A stretch of 64,000 nt of DNA from an archaeon (GCA_035289625.1 DATDWP010000028.1:9840-73839), one strand, 5' to 3'; counted from the first letter of the stretch, positions 47,091 to 57,326 are shown. Translations and numbers: made by a program. Notes: generated by a model not told the origin, from the letters alone.

Positions 47091-48824
47091 ATGAAAAAAA
47101 TCCTATTACTACTTCTACTAATCCCGCTCTGCAGCGCCCTTGAATTCAACCCAAGCACTGTTGATTCAATGGATGTTACAATAACTACAACTGCTAGCGG
47201 GAGTTTTAGCGGAAATATCACATCAAGAGATGAAATGAAGGTGATGTTTCTTACTATACAAAAATCCGATACGCAAGAAATACTCTCTCTAGAAGAGTAT
47301 ATGCAAATCGGAAACACTAGGCTGCGCGCCTTCAAAGAGGAAAAAAATGGCCTTACTTATGCAACATATACAATAAATGACCTATTAGAGTTTGCTAATG
47401 AAAATGAATTTATAATTGTCAGAAAAGCAAGAATAAAGACCCAGTCGCAAATAGGGCTTGGGCAAGATTACAATTTAGCCGAAGAGATAAAGGGATTTGA
47501 TAAATATATTAACCCTTCAGATTATATTGAATCAAATGACGCGGAGTTAAAGAGCAAAACCGCACTTGAATTTTCAACAGATTCACAAATAGAGGCAATA
47601 CGCAAAATTTCAGAGTGGGTCAATAACAATATTACATACGATTTTGAAAACTACTACAGCGCAATATACAGCGCAAAGCACACCTACAATACCCGCGCCG
47701 GAGTATGTGATGAATTTGCAAACCTTACCGCAGCATTTATGAGAATAAAAGGAATACCGGCACGCTACGTTTCCGGGATTAGCTATGACGGAGAGAGGTT
47801 TGGGTCCCATGGGTGGCTTGAAGTGTTCTTGCCAACAACAGGCTGGATAGGGGTTGATTCAACTTATGGAGAAGCGGGGTTTGTTGACGGAGCACACTTT
47901 TCCATTGCAAAATCAAATGATGCAAATAGTTCAGCCGATCTTATAATTTCAACAAAAACAAGAGAGGAAATAAATGTAATCTCCAAAATACTCCCACCAG
48001 AAGTTGAAATACACTCCGTACACTTTTTTGAAAACCTACTTGATGCTAAAATAAAAAGCCCGGAGGAAACAGAACCTTTGCAAATATTTGAAGTTAGCGC
48101 TAGTATCAAAAATACCACCCAAAAGAGCGCAATATTTCCAATCGAACTTGTACTACATGATGATTTTTTGCAGCTTGATAAAAAAGAGCGGCTTGTGTAC
48201 TTGCAAGCAGGAGAAGAAAAAGAAATAATTTGGGAAATACGCGCTCCGCAAAAAGAGCTGCATAACTCCTACTACACATATGGAATGCTGCTCTTAATGC
48301 CGGATTCAAATCTGCAGAGCACGATAAATCTTGTTCCGAAAAATTCCTCACAAACACCAGGGGCATTTATTAGCGTTGAAGATGTAAGCCCTTTTATTGA
48401 AGGTGAGAAAATCGAAATACAAACAACCCTGCAAAATAGAGGATTGCGAGAAGGAGAAGCTACAATTGAACTCTCAACTGATGGCAACATCCTTGCATTT
48501 GAAAGAGTTAGCCTCAAAGCATTAGAGCAAAAAACCATTTCACTAAAAATTTCCGCAGTTCCTTTGCGAAAAATAATAGTGACAATTAATACACAAAATT
48601 CAGAAAACAAATTCGAACTCACTATCCCGCAAAAAGAAAGCTCGCAAATAGAGGTGCGGGAAATACGCCCTTTACAAGAGCAGTCGATCGAACAAGAACC
48701 ATCGACAAAAAATGAATCAAATTCAAGCAGCGATATAGTGCTGTTGGGAGGAATTGGAATTGGCCTGCTTGCACTAATTATTGCCGCAATTGCAATAGGA
48801 ATTATTATAACCGGCCGAAAATGA
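47091..48824 (+). CDS. Secreted, C-terminally anchored transglutaminase-like protein
   Basis: Signal peptide; GVCDEFA, GIPARYVSG, HGWLEV, D-S-T triad; C-terminal TM. Confidence 0.88.
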   Translation: MKKILLLLLLIPLCSALEFNPSTVDSMDVTITTTASGSFSGNITSRDEMKVMFLTIQKSDTQEILSLEEYMQIGNTRLRAFKEEKNGLTYATYTINDLLEFANENEFIIVRKARIKTQSQIGLGQDYNLAEEIKGFDKYINPSDYIESNDAELKSKTALEFSTDSQIEAIRKISEWVNNNITYDFENYYSAIYSAKHTYNTRAGVCDEFANLTAAFMRIKGIPARYVSGISYDGERFGSHGWLEVFLPTTGWIGVDSTYGEAGFVDGAHFSIAKSNDANSSADLIISTKTREEINVISKILPPEVEIHSVHFFENLLDAKIKSPEETEPLQIFEVSASIKNTTQKSAIFPIELVLHDDFLQLDKKERLVYLQAGEEKEIIWEIRAPQKELHNSYYTYGMLLLMPDSNLQSTINLVPKNSSQTPGAFISVEDVSPFIEGEKIEIQTTLQNRGLREGEATIELSTDGNILAFERVSLKALEQKTISLKISAVPLRKIIVTINTQNSENKFELTIPQKESSQIEVREIRPLQEQSIEQEPSTKNESNSSSDIVLLGGIGIGLLALIIAAIAIGIIITGRK

Positions 48825-48864
48825 GGAATTTAAAAGCATTTGTAAGCGCAAATTCAATGTAAAC

Positions 48865-48963
48865 GCGGGCGTAGTATAGCCTGGTTAGTACTCGGCCTTG
48901 CCAAGAATTTTCCAAAAAATTTGCAACTAGGCCGTGGGTCGGGTTCAAATCCCGACGCCCGCA
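48865..48963 (+). tRNA. tRNA-Gly(GCC) with a 25-nt canonical intron (48904-48928)
   Basis: Cloverleaf after removing the intron at 37/38; BHB with a TTGC/GCAA helix and CAA/CTA bulges. Confidence 0.93.
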
Positions 48964-48965
48964 AT

Positions 48966-49448
48966 TTAATTTCCTGCAACAATTTGCTGCAGCTGCTCAA
49001 AAGTTAGCCTTGCAACCCCTTGCTCTGAATTTATTTCACAATACCCCAATTCTTTAATGCAATCAATCCCCACAGGGTGCGAGCCATCAAGAGCGCTAAC
49101 TGAGCATGCGTATACTTTTCTGCTCTCATTCTGCTGCGCAGAACACGAACAACCCCTAACAGCCCAAGCATTGCTCCCCGCACTCTTTTTTGCCTCTGCA
49201 AGGCAATTTTTTTCAACAACAACACTATCGATCATATTCCATAACTCATCGCTGCGACTTGGACCTGGATCAGTTACAGGCGAACTCTCACTTGCCTGCG
49301 GGCTTTGCAAATCGTCAGAAACCGTTGAATTTTGCCCAGATATTGATGGGTGTGGCATTTGAAAAGTGAGGGCGAACACAACTACACCTGCAATTAAAAT
49401 TAGGGCAACAAGCGAACCGGATTGAATTATTTGTTTATTCTCTTCCAA
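48966..49448 (-). CDS. Membrane-anchored Cys-rich extracellular protein
   Basis: N-terminal TM, S/P-rich linker, six Cys; TTG start after GGAGA. Confidence 0.65.
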   Translation of the reverse strand: MEENKQIIQSGSLVALILIAGVVVFALTFQMPHPSISGQNSTVSDDLQSPQASESSPVTDPGPSRSDELWNMIDSVVVEKNCLAEAKKSAGSNAWAVRGCSCSAQQNESRKVYACSVSALDGSHPVGIDCIKELGYCEINSEQGVARLTFEQLQQIVAGN

Positions 49449-50053
49449 ACAATCTCCCCCGCCTTTTTGCACAGCTCTTCTTCACTTTTCGAAGAATCAA
49501 GAATAATTATATTTTCAGCCGGGAAAGTTTTTTTAATTTGCAAAAAGGAAGCGCGCACTTTTTCCAAAAAATCCTTTTTTTCAAATGCCTCAAGTTGCCT
49601 TCTCTTCTTGTCCCCATTAATTCTTTGCAGCGCAACATCAACTGGAATATCCAAAATAAAAACAATATCAGGAACTGGCATCCCCACATGCAAGGCGCTG
49701 ATTTTTCCAGCAGGTATTTCTTGCAACCCTTGATAGACAAAAGTGCTGTACTTGTATCGGTCACAGAGAATTATTTTTCCCGCGCGCATTGCTGGTTCTA
49801 GCACCTTTTGCACATGCTCTTTTCTATCAGCAACATATAGGTCTAAAAATTGGCGCGCATTCACCTGCGGATCAACACTTAGAGCGAGGAGCTCTCGCAC
49901 CTTCTTGCCATAAAACCCGGAAGTAGGTTCAGCTGTGTGAACTATCGTTTCCTTCTCAAGCCCTTTTTTTAAAAGGAATTTCTCAAGACATGCAATGAGC
50001 GTCCCTTTTCCAGAACCGTCAATTCCCTCAAAGACGATAAATTGACCTTTCAT
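49427..50053 (-). CDS. tmk: Thymidylate kinase
   Basis: FEGIDGSGKGT, EP, CDRY..ST..YQ, PD. Confidence 0.96.
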   Translation of the reverse strand: MKGQFIVFEGIDGSGKGTLIACLEKFLLKKGLEKETIVHTAEPTSGFYGKKVRELLALSVDPQVNARQFLDLYVADRKEHVQKVLEPAMRAGKIILCDRYKYSTFVYQGLQEIPAGKISALHVGMPVPDIVFILDIPVDVALQRINGDKKRRQLEAFEKKDFLEKVRASFLQIKKTFPAENIIILDSSKSEEELCKKAGEIVWKRINK

Positions 50054-50241
50054 ACTAGTAGTAATTAGGAGTGATATTTTAACTATTTACTTCGCCGTCA
50101 GGAAAAAGCGTTTATATTTATGACCAACAGCATGTAGTAACCTTTTTTAAGGTAATCAAACCAAACAATCCTAAGCATACCCTGAAATATAAAATATTTC
50201 GGGAAAGCGGAAAAGTGCCACTCCACAAGGAATTTATTAAA

Positions 50242-50394
50242 GCGGCCGTGGTGTAGTGGTTAGCTTTAAAGGGGAACAAAGAGTTAATCCAACTAAGGCC
50301 CATAAAGCACTAGAGCCTTCCATAAACTTTTCCATTTAAAATTTGTGGGGTTCGGGGTCAGCTCTTAGCCGGGGTTCGAATCCCCGCGGCCGCA
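50242..50394 (+). tRNA. tRNA-Gly(TCC) with two introns (44 nt in the D arm, 37 nt at 37/38)
   Basis: Removing about 50263-50306 and 50323-50359 yields GCGGCCG TG GTGT AGTGGTTA GCAC T AGAGC CT TCC AA GCTCT TAGC CGGGG TTCGAAT CCCCG CGGCCGC A. Confidence 0.85.
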
Positions 50395-50962
50395 TTCTAA
50401 TTTTTCAATTAATTAGAAAATAATTCAAAAAAGAATCAGAATTTTAACTTGAAAATTTGGTTAAAAATTTGGGGGATCTCTCCCCCGATTGTTGCATCGT
50501 ATCACCTCCTTTTTGGTAGTTGCAAAATTCAAAAACAGAATTTTATTGCTGCAAAAAAATCACCTCCATTTTTACTGCAAAAAAAATCAATCATTTTCTA
50601 TAAATCCCCCCTACGAGGGGGAACTTTCACATACATCAATTTTCCTCCGACCCAGATCCGAACCTCGCTATCTGCTGGCAAAAGATGGCCAATCACCCTG
50701 TCAACTTTTTGCTTTTCTTTGCTTTTCATGACACATATTCGTGGGCTTTATTAAAAAGGCTCACGACCAGCAATAGCCCCATAACGGCTAATTTTAGCGA
50801 AAAAATGCCCCTATAGCTAAAAAGATGGGAAAATGAGTAAATTTTAAAAGAACTGAAGAGTTTATATAAAAGGTTTACAAATACCTGCCCAACATGACCA
50901 ATTCTGGTCAAAAATTAACAAATATGATAGGTTTTTATATTAGTTGTAAAATTTATAGTATT

Positions 50963-51691
50963 ATGGGGCGAAATCCGGAACAGGTAAATTCTCTTTCAGA
51001 AGCCGTGAGACAGGAGATAAATATCCTCCCCCACGTAAAAACAGCCCTTTCTGAAGGCATTGTAAACTACTCAGCCCTTGCAAGAAAACTCATGGACAAT
51101 CTTGGTGAAAAACTAGGAAGAAAACTCAATGAAGAGTCCTTAATAGTTGCAATCAAAAGATATGCAGATGAACTTGGCATTGTATCTAACCAGCACTCCC
51201 ACATAGAACTTTTCTCAGAAGGGGAAATTACATTACAAGACAACATGTGCTATGCGCACTTTAAGAAAAAGCCGAATGTACTCTCAAAAATCGAAAAACT
51301 CTTTGGCGAAGAGAACTGGAAGCTAGGAGAAATGCGCGTACTAATACAGGGCGCTGAACAAGTAATGGTTATAATGAAAGAGAATAGGCTAGAAGAAATC
51401 ATGGCAGAACTCTCAGATGATATAATATTTTCGCTGCGAAACAGCGCGCTTCTAACATTTAGAATGCCATTTGAATCCTTTACAACCTACGGAGTACTAG
51501 CTGAACTAACATCGCACCTTGCAAAAAAAGGGATTAGTATAGAACTACTCAGCTCTCCACCAGATATCCACTTCCTTGTTGATGAAAAGGATGCGCAACG
51601 CACCTACTCGGTTCTAAGGCAGCTAATAAACGATTCAAAAAATGCTATGGCACAAAAAGCCTCAAAACCAGCCCAAACAGTTTACAAATAA
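50963..51691 (+). CDS. ACT-domain-containing regulator-like protein
   Basis: L.EGIVNYSALARKL N-terminus; C-terminal ACT-like GVLA.L...LA.KGISI. Confidence 0.8.
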   Translation: MGRNPEQVNSLSEAVRQEINILPHVKTALSEGIVNYSALARKLMDNLGEKLGRKLNEESLIVAIKRYADELGIVSNQHSHIELFSEGEITLQDNMCYAHFKKKPNVLSKIEKLFGEENWKLGEMRVLIQGAEQVMVIMKENRLEEIMAELSDDIIFSLRNSALLTFRMPFESFTTYGVLAELTSHLAKKGISIELLSSPPDIHFLVDEKDAQRTYSVLRQLINDSKNAMAQKASKPAQTVYK

Positions 51692-51722
51692 TTATCAACC
51701 CCTTCAGCACTAATTTGATCAA

Positions 51723-52025
51723 ATGAAACACCAAAAAGCCCAGCAAATAGGCCTTGAGAGAATCTACCGCCTCTTTGAACTCGCGCAAGAAGAATTCACA
51801 ACCCACCCCTTGCGCAGCAAACGCTATATCGAACTTGCAATCAAAATCAGCAAAAGGGCAAGGGCAAGAATACCCCCTGAACTCAAAACAAAATACTGTA
51901 AAAAATGCGGCGCGTACCTGCAAAACGGGACGAATGCAAACATCACAAAAATTGGGGCGCTCACAGTGGTGGAGTGCAAAGAGTGCGGGCACATACGGAA
52001 AACTGGAATGAAGGCCGGAAAATGA
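51723..52025 (+). CDS. rnp4: RNase P protein component 4 (Rpp21)
   Basis: ERIYRLF, RYIELA, YCKKC...ECKECG. Confidence 0.93.
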   Translation: MKHQKAQQIGLERIYRLFELAQEEFTTHPLRSKRYIELAIKISKRARARIPPELKTKYCKKCGAYLQNGTNANITKIGALTVVECKECGHIRKTGMKAGK

Positions 52026-52693
52026 AAAAACTACCTGCAAGAAAAATTGAACAAATAAGAAGAGTACTTGCAGACCAATCAATACATGGAAGAAAAGACA
52101 GATTATATACTAAGGCAGAAAGAAAAGGCCAGTCTATCAAATCCGATGTTTTCCACACACAAATTGCCGGAAAGGCGGTAACAATCAAGGCAAGGGAACA
52201 CGAACTTACTGCAAAAATTAATTCAGAAAAATTGTTTTCTCGCCATCAGAAAGCGGTTAAACAAGGAAAAATAAAGCCAATATGATATAGACTCCATAGG
52301 ACAAAATTTTTATTCGCAGATGAAAAACTTGGGAGCGTAACAAAAACAATTGAAGGCGCTGGGATAAATTCTTTATTAACATTTTTATATCATCGGCGCA
52401 CATTTTTAATATCAAAAACCAACCAAAAAGAATATGAAAAAGCCGAACAATTTATTGCAAAACACCCGAATATAACTGAAGGAGAATTAGTTGAAATGCA
52501 TTCAGAATTACAGCACAATTTATTCATAACTTCTGCAGAAAAAGAAAAATTCTCTTATGATTTGATCGGAATGGATAATATCCGTATAATAGACTACAAA
52601 AACGGGGTTTTTGACATAGCACTTGTAGACCAAATCTGGTCAGGAAGAGAAAAACACTATGCAAGAAAGCTAGGCACTGCTGAGCGACCTTAA
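52022..52693 (+). pseudogene. Orphan gene interrupted by one in-frame TGA (52283-52285)
   Basis: The frame continues open after the TGA to TAA at 52693 (224 codons in total). Confidence 0.65.
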
Positions 52694-52873
52694 AGCCAAC
52701 CTGATAAAACCCCCAAAATGACAGTTTTATAAAGCTTTTTAGGGGAAATTACATTTACTTCTAATTCTTAAAAGTTAGGAGTTTTTCGCAATTTGCGAAT
52801 AAAACATTTCCAACTTTCTCCGAAAGGAGAGCAAAGAGCTGGAACCAAAAATCAAACCAAAAAAAGTGAAAAA

Positions 52874-53500
52874 ATGGGAATTTATGATGTGCCCGCAGGG
52901 CTCTTAATCGAAGAGGTCGCAAAAGACCTAAAAACCAAAATAAAAAAACCGGCATTTACAGACTATGTAAAAACCGGAGCGCAAGCAGAGCGCGCTCCAA
53001 ACAATCCGGATTGGTTTTACGTAAGGGCAGCTAGCGTATTATACAGAATTTATAAAGAAGGCAATAGCGGGACCGGCGCCCTTAGAACCTACTACGGCGG
53101 AAGAAGAAACCGCGGAGTACAACCCGAGAAAAAAAGAAAAGCCTCCGGAAAAATAATAAGAACATGCCTGCAAATCCTAGAAAAAGAAGGCCTACTCAAA
53201 AAGGACAAAGCCGGAAGAAAAATATCCCCAAAAGGAGAAAAATACTTATTTGAAAAATCAAGAGTAGTGCAAATAGTATTTGATGAAACACTTCTAAAAG
53301 CAAAACAAAAAGAACAAGAAGAATTTACAAAAAGAGCTGCAGCCGCGCAAAAAATAAGCGCGCCAAAAGTCGAACCTAAAAAGGACCAAAAACCCGAGGT
53401 AAAAAAAGAACAAAAACCGACAGAGCAAAATAAGGCACCGGCACAAAAAGAAGCGGCAGTGCAAAAAACACAAGAGAACAAAGGAGCCACGGAAAAATGA
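52874..53500 (+). CDS. rps19e: 30S ribosomal protein S19e with C-terminal extension
   Basis: VKTG...ERAP..DWFYVRAAS, YGGR.NRG, SGKIIR. Confidence 0.96.
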   Translation: MGIYDVPAGLLIEEVAKDLKTKIKKPAFTDYVKTGAQAERAPNNPDWFYVRAASVLYRIYKEGNSGTGALRTYYGGRRNRGVQPEKKRKASGKIIRTCLQILEKEGLLKKDKAGRKISPKGEKYLFEKSRVVQIVFDETLLKAKQKEQEEFTKRAAAAQKISAPKVEPKKDQKPEVKKEQKPTEQNKAPAQKEAAVQKTQENKGATEK

Positions 53501-53820
53501 ATGATGATGAACTGAGGCAGAAAAAATTAGAAGAGCTTCAGAACCAATATTCAAAAATGCAGGAGGAAGAGAAAAAACACCAAGAAGCCGAACAAAAAAT
53601 GCAGCAAATGTTAAATAGGCTCCTAGAAGAGGATGCAAAAGCTCGGCTTGCAAACGTTGCACTTGTAAATAAGGAACTTTACATGAAAGCATTCCAAGCA
53701 ATTGTTGAACTTGCACAAAAAGGATACGTAAGAGGAAAACTAAATGACGAACAGGTAAAACAAATCCTCATACAGCTAAAAAATACCAGGGAACCAAAAA
53801 TTAATATTAAAAGAAAGTGA
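53497..53820 (+). CDS. PDCD5-like DNA-binding protein
   Basis: ELRQKKLEELQ, A.ARL.NV.L, KINIKRK; conserved synteny. Confidence 0.9.
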   Translation: MNDDELRQKKLEELQNQYSKMQEEEKKHQEAEQKMQQMLNRLLEEDAKARLANVALVNKELYMKAFQAIVELAQKGYVRGKLNDEQVKQILIQLKNTREPKINIKRK

Positions 53821-53824
53821 AAAA

Positions 53825-54130
53825 ATGGGAAGAAAAACTCAAGAAGAAAAAGACTTTCTCATATCAACGAGAAAAAAAATAGGGCCAGGAGTAACAAACG
53901 CGCCAGCATGGATACTCCAAAAAGCTGCAAAGAGGATCTGGAACAAGAAGGCAAAGCGCCACTGGAGAGAGACAAACCTTGGACAATTATTTAAGAAAAA
54001 ACAAAAAGAGCAGGGAAAAATAGAGAATATGAAAATGGCAAAGAGCGGAAGAAAAGACAAGAGCAGGCTCTACAAAAACAAAAGACTCAATAAAAGAAGA
54101 AAACTTAGCAAACAAAGAGTGATTGGATGA
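53825..54130 (+). CDS. rpl39e: 50S ribosomal protein L39e, extended
   Basis: NAPAW...KRHWRETNL; lies between PDCD5 and L31e. Confidence 0.75.
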   Translation: MGRKTQEEKDFLISTRKKIGPGVTNAPAWILQKAAKRIWNKKAKRHWRETNLGQLFKKKQKEQGKIENMKMAKSGRKDKSRLYKNKRLNKRRKLSKQRVIG

Positions 54131-54564
54131 AAGGCGAACAGGCAAATTATGTGATCGGGCTTGAAAAAGCATTCCTCTTTCCGCCCAAAACAAGGGTGAA
54201 AAAAGCCATTACCCAAATAAGAAAGTTTGTAAAAAAGCACACACGCATGCAAAACTTTGCTCTTAGCAATGAAGTGAACGAGTACTTACACAAGCACTCA
54301 AAAAACATACCAAAAAAAATCCCCGCAACACTTCTACGAGAACCAAATAGAATAGTCATATTCTTACAAAACGGCAAAGCTCTCCCCGAATACATCAAGA
54401 AAAATGCGGAGAAGAAAAAAGAGCAAAAAGAGAGCAAAAAAGAAGAAAAAAAGGCCACAACCGAAAAAACACCTGAAAATGATACTGAAAAAAAGCTTGA
54501 AGAAAAGAAAGCTAAAGAAGATGCAGCAAAAGCGGCTGACATTAAAAGAAAAACTGGCAAGTAG
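54127..54564 (+). CDS. rpl31e: 50S ribosomal protein L31e
   Basis: YVI.L, RVKKAI..IRKFVKKH, LSNEVNE. Confidence 0.9.
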   Translation: MKGEQANYVIGLEKAFLFPPKTRVKKAITQIRKFVKKHTRMQNFALSNEVNEYLHKHSKNIPKKIPATLLREPNRIVIFLQNGKALPEYIKKNAEKKKEQKESKKEEKKATTEKTPENDTEKKLEEKKAKEDAAKAADIKRKTGK

Positions 54565-54574
54565 TGGGTTTTTG

Positions 54575-55237
54575 ATGAACTTTTCACGGGGGACAATCAG
54601 AAGCTCCCCATACGTAGGCGTATTCTGCACAGTAACAGAGCAACTAGCACTAGTGCCGCACTCAGTTGTACCAAAAGAAGCCAAAATGGTTGAAAACATC
54701 CTCAATGTAAAAGTGGTAAGGGCAAACATCGGAAACAGCACCCTAATAGGAGTACTATCCAAAGGGATCAAAAATAAGTTTGCAGTATCAAATTTAATTG
54801 AAGACACGGAAGTTCGCGCCCTTGAAAAAGAAGGCCTTGAAGTTCTAAAAGTACAAGGGTTCACATCCACCGGAAACCTAATAGCGCTAAATGAAAAGGG
54901 GGGAATTGCAAGCCCGCTAATTGCAGACTCTGAAATAGAAAAAATGCACAAGTTTTTTGGAATAAAATTTGAAAAAATGATGGTTGCAGGAAACGATCTG
55001 CCGGGAGCTAGCATAACAGTAACAAATAAAGGGCTTATCTGCCACCCAAATATAGCAGAGAATGAACTTTTAAAGGTTCAAAAAATACTCAGAGTAAATG
55101 GGACCCCGACAACTGCAAACTACGGGGACCTATTTGTCGGAAACAGCGTAATAGGGAATACAAAAGGAGCAATAGCAGGAAGTAACACATCCGGAATAGA
55201 GCTTTCAAAAATAGATGAAGGATTGAGAGGAGAGTAA
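54575..55237 (+). CDS. eif6: Translation initiation factor 6
   Basis: SPYVGVF, GNLIALNEKG, NKGLICHP, TANYG, TSGIEL. Confidence 0.95.
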   Translation: MNFSRGTIRSSPYVGVFCTVTEQLALVPHSVVPKEAKMVENILNVKVVRANIGNSTLIGVLSKGIKNKFAVSNLIEDTEVRALEKEGLEVLKVQGFTSTGNLIALNEKGGIASPLIADSEIEKMHKFFGIKFEKMMVAGNDLPGASITVTNKGLICHPNIAENELLKVQKILRVNGTPTTANYGDLFVGNSVIGNTKGAIAGSNTSGIELSKIDEGLRGE

Positions 55238-55239
55238 AA

Positions 55240-55425
55240 ATGGAACAAAAAACATTCACAATAAAAGGCGCATATAGTTTTAGAGGAAAACCACAAAAAT
55301 TCTCCAAAGAAATAACAGCGCACAACCAAACTTATGCAAAAGAGAAAACACTCTCAGCAATAGGTTCAAAGCACAAAATAAAAAGAAATGCAATACAAAT
55401 CCAAACAATTGAGGAAAAGAAGTGA
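55240..55425 (+). CDS. rpl18a: 50S ribosomal protein L18a/LX
   Basis: FSKEI.A...A.EK.LS.IGSKHKIKR. Confidence 0.92.
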   Translation: MEQKTFTIKGAYSFRGKPQKFSKEITAHNQTYAKEKTLSAIGSKHKIKRNAIQIQTIEEKK

Positions 55426-55431
55426 AACCAA

Positions 55432-55878
55432 ATGGCCGAGAAAAGAATGAACCTGACAGGAAACCAACTTGCCCAACTAGCAAACCAGGAGAGCGGAAAA
55501 CTCAATGAAATAAACAGAAGAATCAGCTCATTCCAGAACTTCCGAAATGAACTAACAGGCGCAAAAGATGCACTAGAAGAGATCTCGAAAAATGAAAAAG
55601 GGGAAAAAATACTTGTAAACCTTGGCGCAGGAATATTTGTCCAAGCATCCCTTGAAGAGAATGCAAAAGCCATCACTTCAATTGCCGGAAATGTATTCAA
55701 GGAAAAACCAAGCAATGAACTTGCAGCATTACTTGAGAAGAAAATACAAAGCCTTGACAAATCAATTGCAAATGTAGTAGAGCAGCAGCAAAAAACAGCC
55801 TCGCGCCTTAGCCAATTAGAACAAATACTTGCAGCAGGTAGACAGGTTTTGCGCAAGGAAAAAGAAAAAAACAAATAA
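55432..55878 (+). CDS. pfdA: Prefoldin alpha subunit
   Basis: ILVNLGAGIFV beta hairpin between coiled coils; synteny. Confidence 0.9.
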   Translation: MAEKRMNLTGNQLAQLANQESGKLNEINRRISSFQNFRNELTGAKDALEEISKNEKGEKILVNLGAGIFVQASLEENAKAITSIAGNVFKEKPSNELAALLEKKIQSLDKSIANVVEQQQKTASRLSQLEQILAAGRQVLRKEKEKNK

Positions 55879-55923
55879 TTCTTGCAAAAACTAAAATTTA
55901 GAAAAAAATGCAAAGTTTTACTT

Positions 55924-57252
55924 ATGTTTGATTTTCTCAAGAAAAAAATAGCTAATTTTACCGATAAATTAAAACAAACCCTGCAAAAACAACCCGCAAC
56001 GCAAGAACAAGCAGGAACTGCTCCACCGAGCGAACAAGCACTACCAACAACACAGCAACCCGCAGCAGAGCAAATCCTTTCCGAACAAACCCAAAAAGAA
56101 CAATCGACGACTCAAAGCACCGAGCAACCTACTATTGAAGCGCCACAACTGCCAGCTACCATAATTGAAAAAAGTGAAGAGAAAAAACAGCGTAAAAAAA
56201 AACAAAAAAATACTCCTCAAATTTCTAAAACGCCTGCAACGGAGCAGCAAAAACCAACTACCCAAAAACCTGAGTCAAAACCCTCACAAGAAGAGAAAGT
56301 AGATATTGCAGGGGAGCAAAAAAGCGCAATTGAAAAAGCAACACACATAAGAGAGGATGAAAAAAGGGAGCTAAAAGCAAAGCAAGGAATATTTGGAAAA
56401 ATCGCAGGAATTGTACTTGGCAAAATCAAAATAACAGAGCAAATGTCAGAAGGGTTTTTTGACGAACTAGAACTTAGCCTACTTGAATCTGATGTTGAAC
56501 AAAAAACCGCACTAGCAATTGTTGAAGAACTCAAAAAAAGGCTGGTGGGAGCAGAAATATCCTCACGCGAGGACATTAGCAAATTCCTAAAAGAGCAAGT
56601 GAGAGAGTCATTGCAAACAATAATGCAAACCAAAAAAATCGAAATACTTGCCACACAAAAAAAACCATTCACAATTCTATTCTTAGGGCCCAACGGAGCC
56701 GGTAAAACCACTTCGATTGCAAAAATTGCAAATTATTTAAAGCAAAATGGAAAATCCTCAATACTTGCAGCTGCTGATACTTTTCGCGCGGCAAGTATTG
56801 AACAACTAGAAGCGCATGCAAATGCAATCGGAATAAAAGTGATAAAACACCAATACGGTTCAGACCCAGCAGCAGTAGCATTCGATGCAATAGCTGCTGC
56901 AAAAGCAAAACACATCGATTATGTACTAATTGATAGCGCAGGAAGGCAAGAAACAAACCACAATTTAATTGAAGAATTAAAAAAACTTGAGCGCGTAGCA
57001 AAACCTGACCTCAAACTCTATGTAGGAGAAGCATATACCGGCCAAGCGCTACTTGACCAGGCAAGTGAATTTAACGCGGCAATAGGAATTGATGGGTTCA
57101 TACTAACAAAAATAGATACTGACACAAAGGGCGGAAGCGCAATTTCGCTTCTATATTCTCTGAAAAAACCAATCGTATTTGTAGGAACAGGGCAGAGGTA
57201 TTCTGACATTTTGGAATTTAAGCCCGAATTTATAATTGATAGGATATTGTGA
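55924..57252 (+). CDS. ftsY: SRP receptor FtsY
   Basis: GPNGAGKTT, DTFRAA, DSAGR, TKID...KGG, GTGQ. Confidence 0.96.
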   Translation: MFDFLKKKIANFTDKLKQTLQKQPATQEQAGTAPPSEQALPTTQQPAAEQILSEQTQKEQSTTQSTEQPTIEAPQLPATIIEKSEEKKQRKKKQKNTPQISKTPATEQQKPTTQKPESKPSQEEKVDIAGEQKSAIEKATHIREDEKRELKAKQGIFGKIAGIVLGKIKITEQMSEGFFDELELSLLESDVEQKTALAIVEELKKRLVGAEISSREDISKFLKEQVRESLQTIMQTKKIEILATQKKPFTILFLGPNGAGKTTSIAKIANYLKQNGKSSILAAADTFRAASIEQLEAHANAIGIKVIKHQYGSDPAAVAFDAIAAAKAKHIDYVLIDSAGRQETNHNLIEELKKLERVAKPDLKLYVGEAYTGQALLDQASEFNAAIGIDGFILTKIDTDTKGGSAISLLYSLKKPIVFVGTGQRYSDILEFKPEFIIDRIL

Positions 57253-57326
57253 GTAAAACCCATAGTCAAAAGAAGAATAAAAATAAATTTTAATATAAAT
57301 TATAAGTTATATATTAGTGGTCTACT

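Noticed and set aside
50501..50511. 16S rRNA 3' end (ATCACCTCCT)
   Set aside because: No rRNA sequence precedes it; only the anti-SD-like motif is present.
52283..52285. Genetic-code reassignment or selenocysteine at TGA
   Set aside because: TGA terminates many conserved genes here (pelota, gpmA-upstream JAMM, srp54, ftsY), and no SECIS or Cys-type context is evident.
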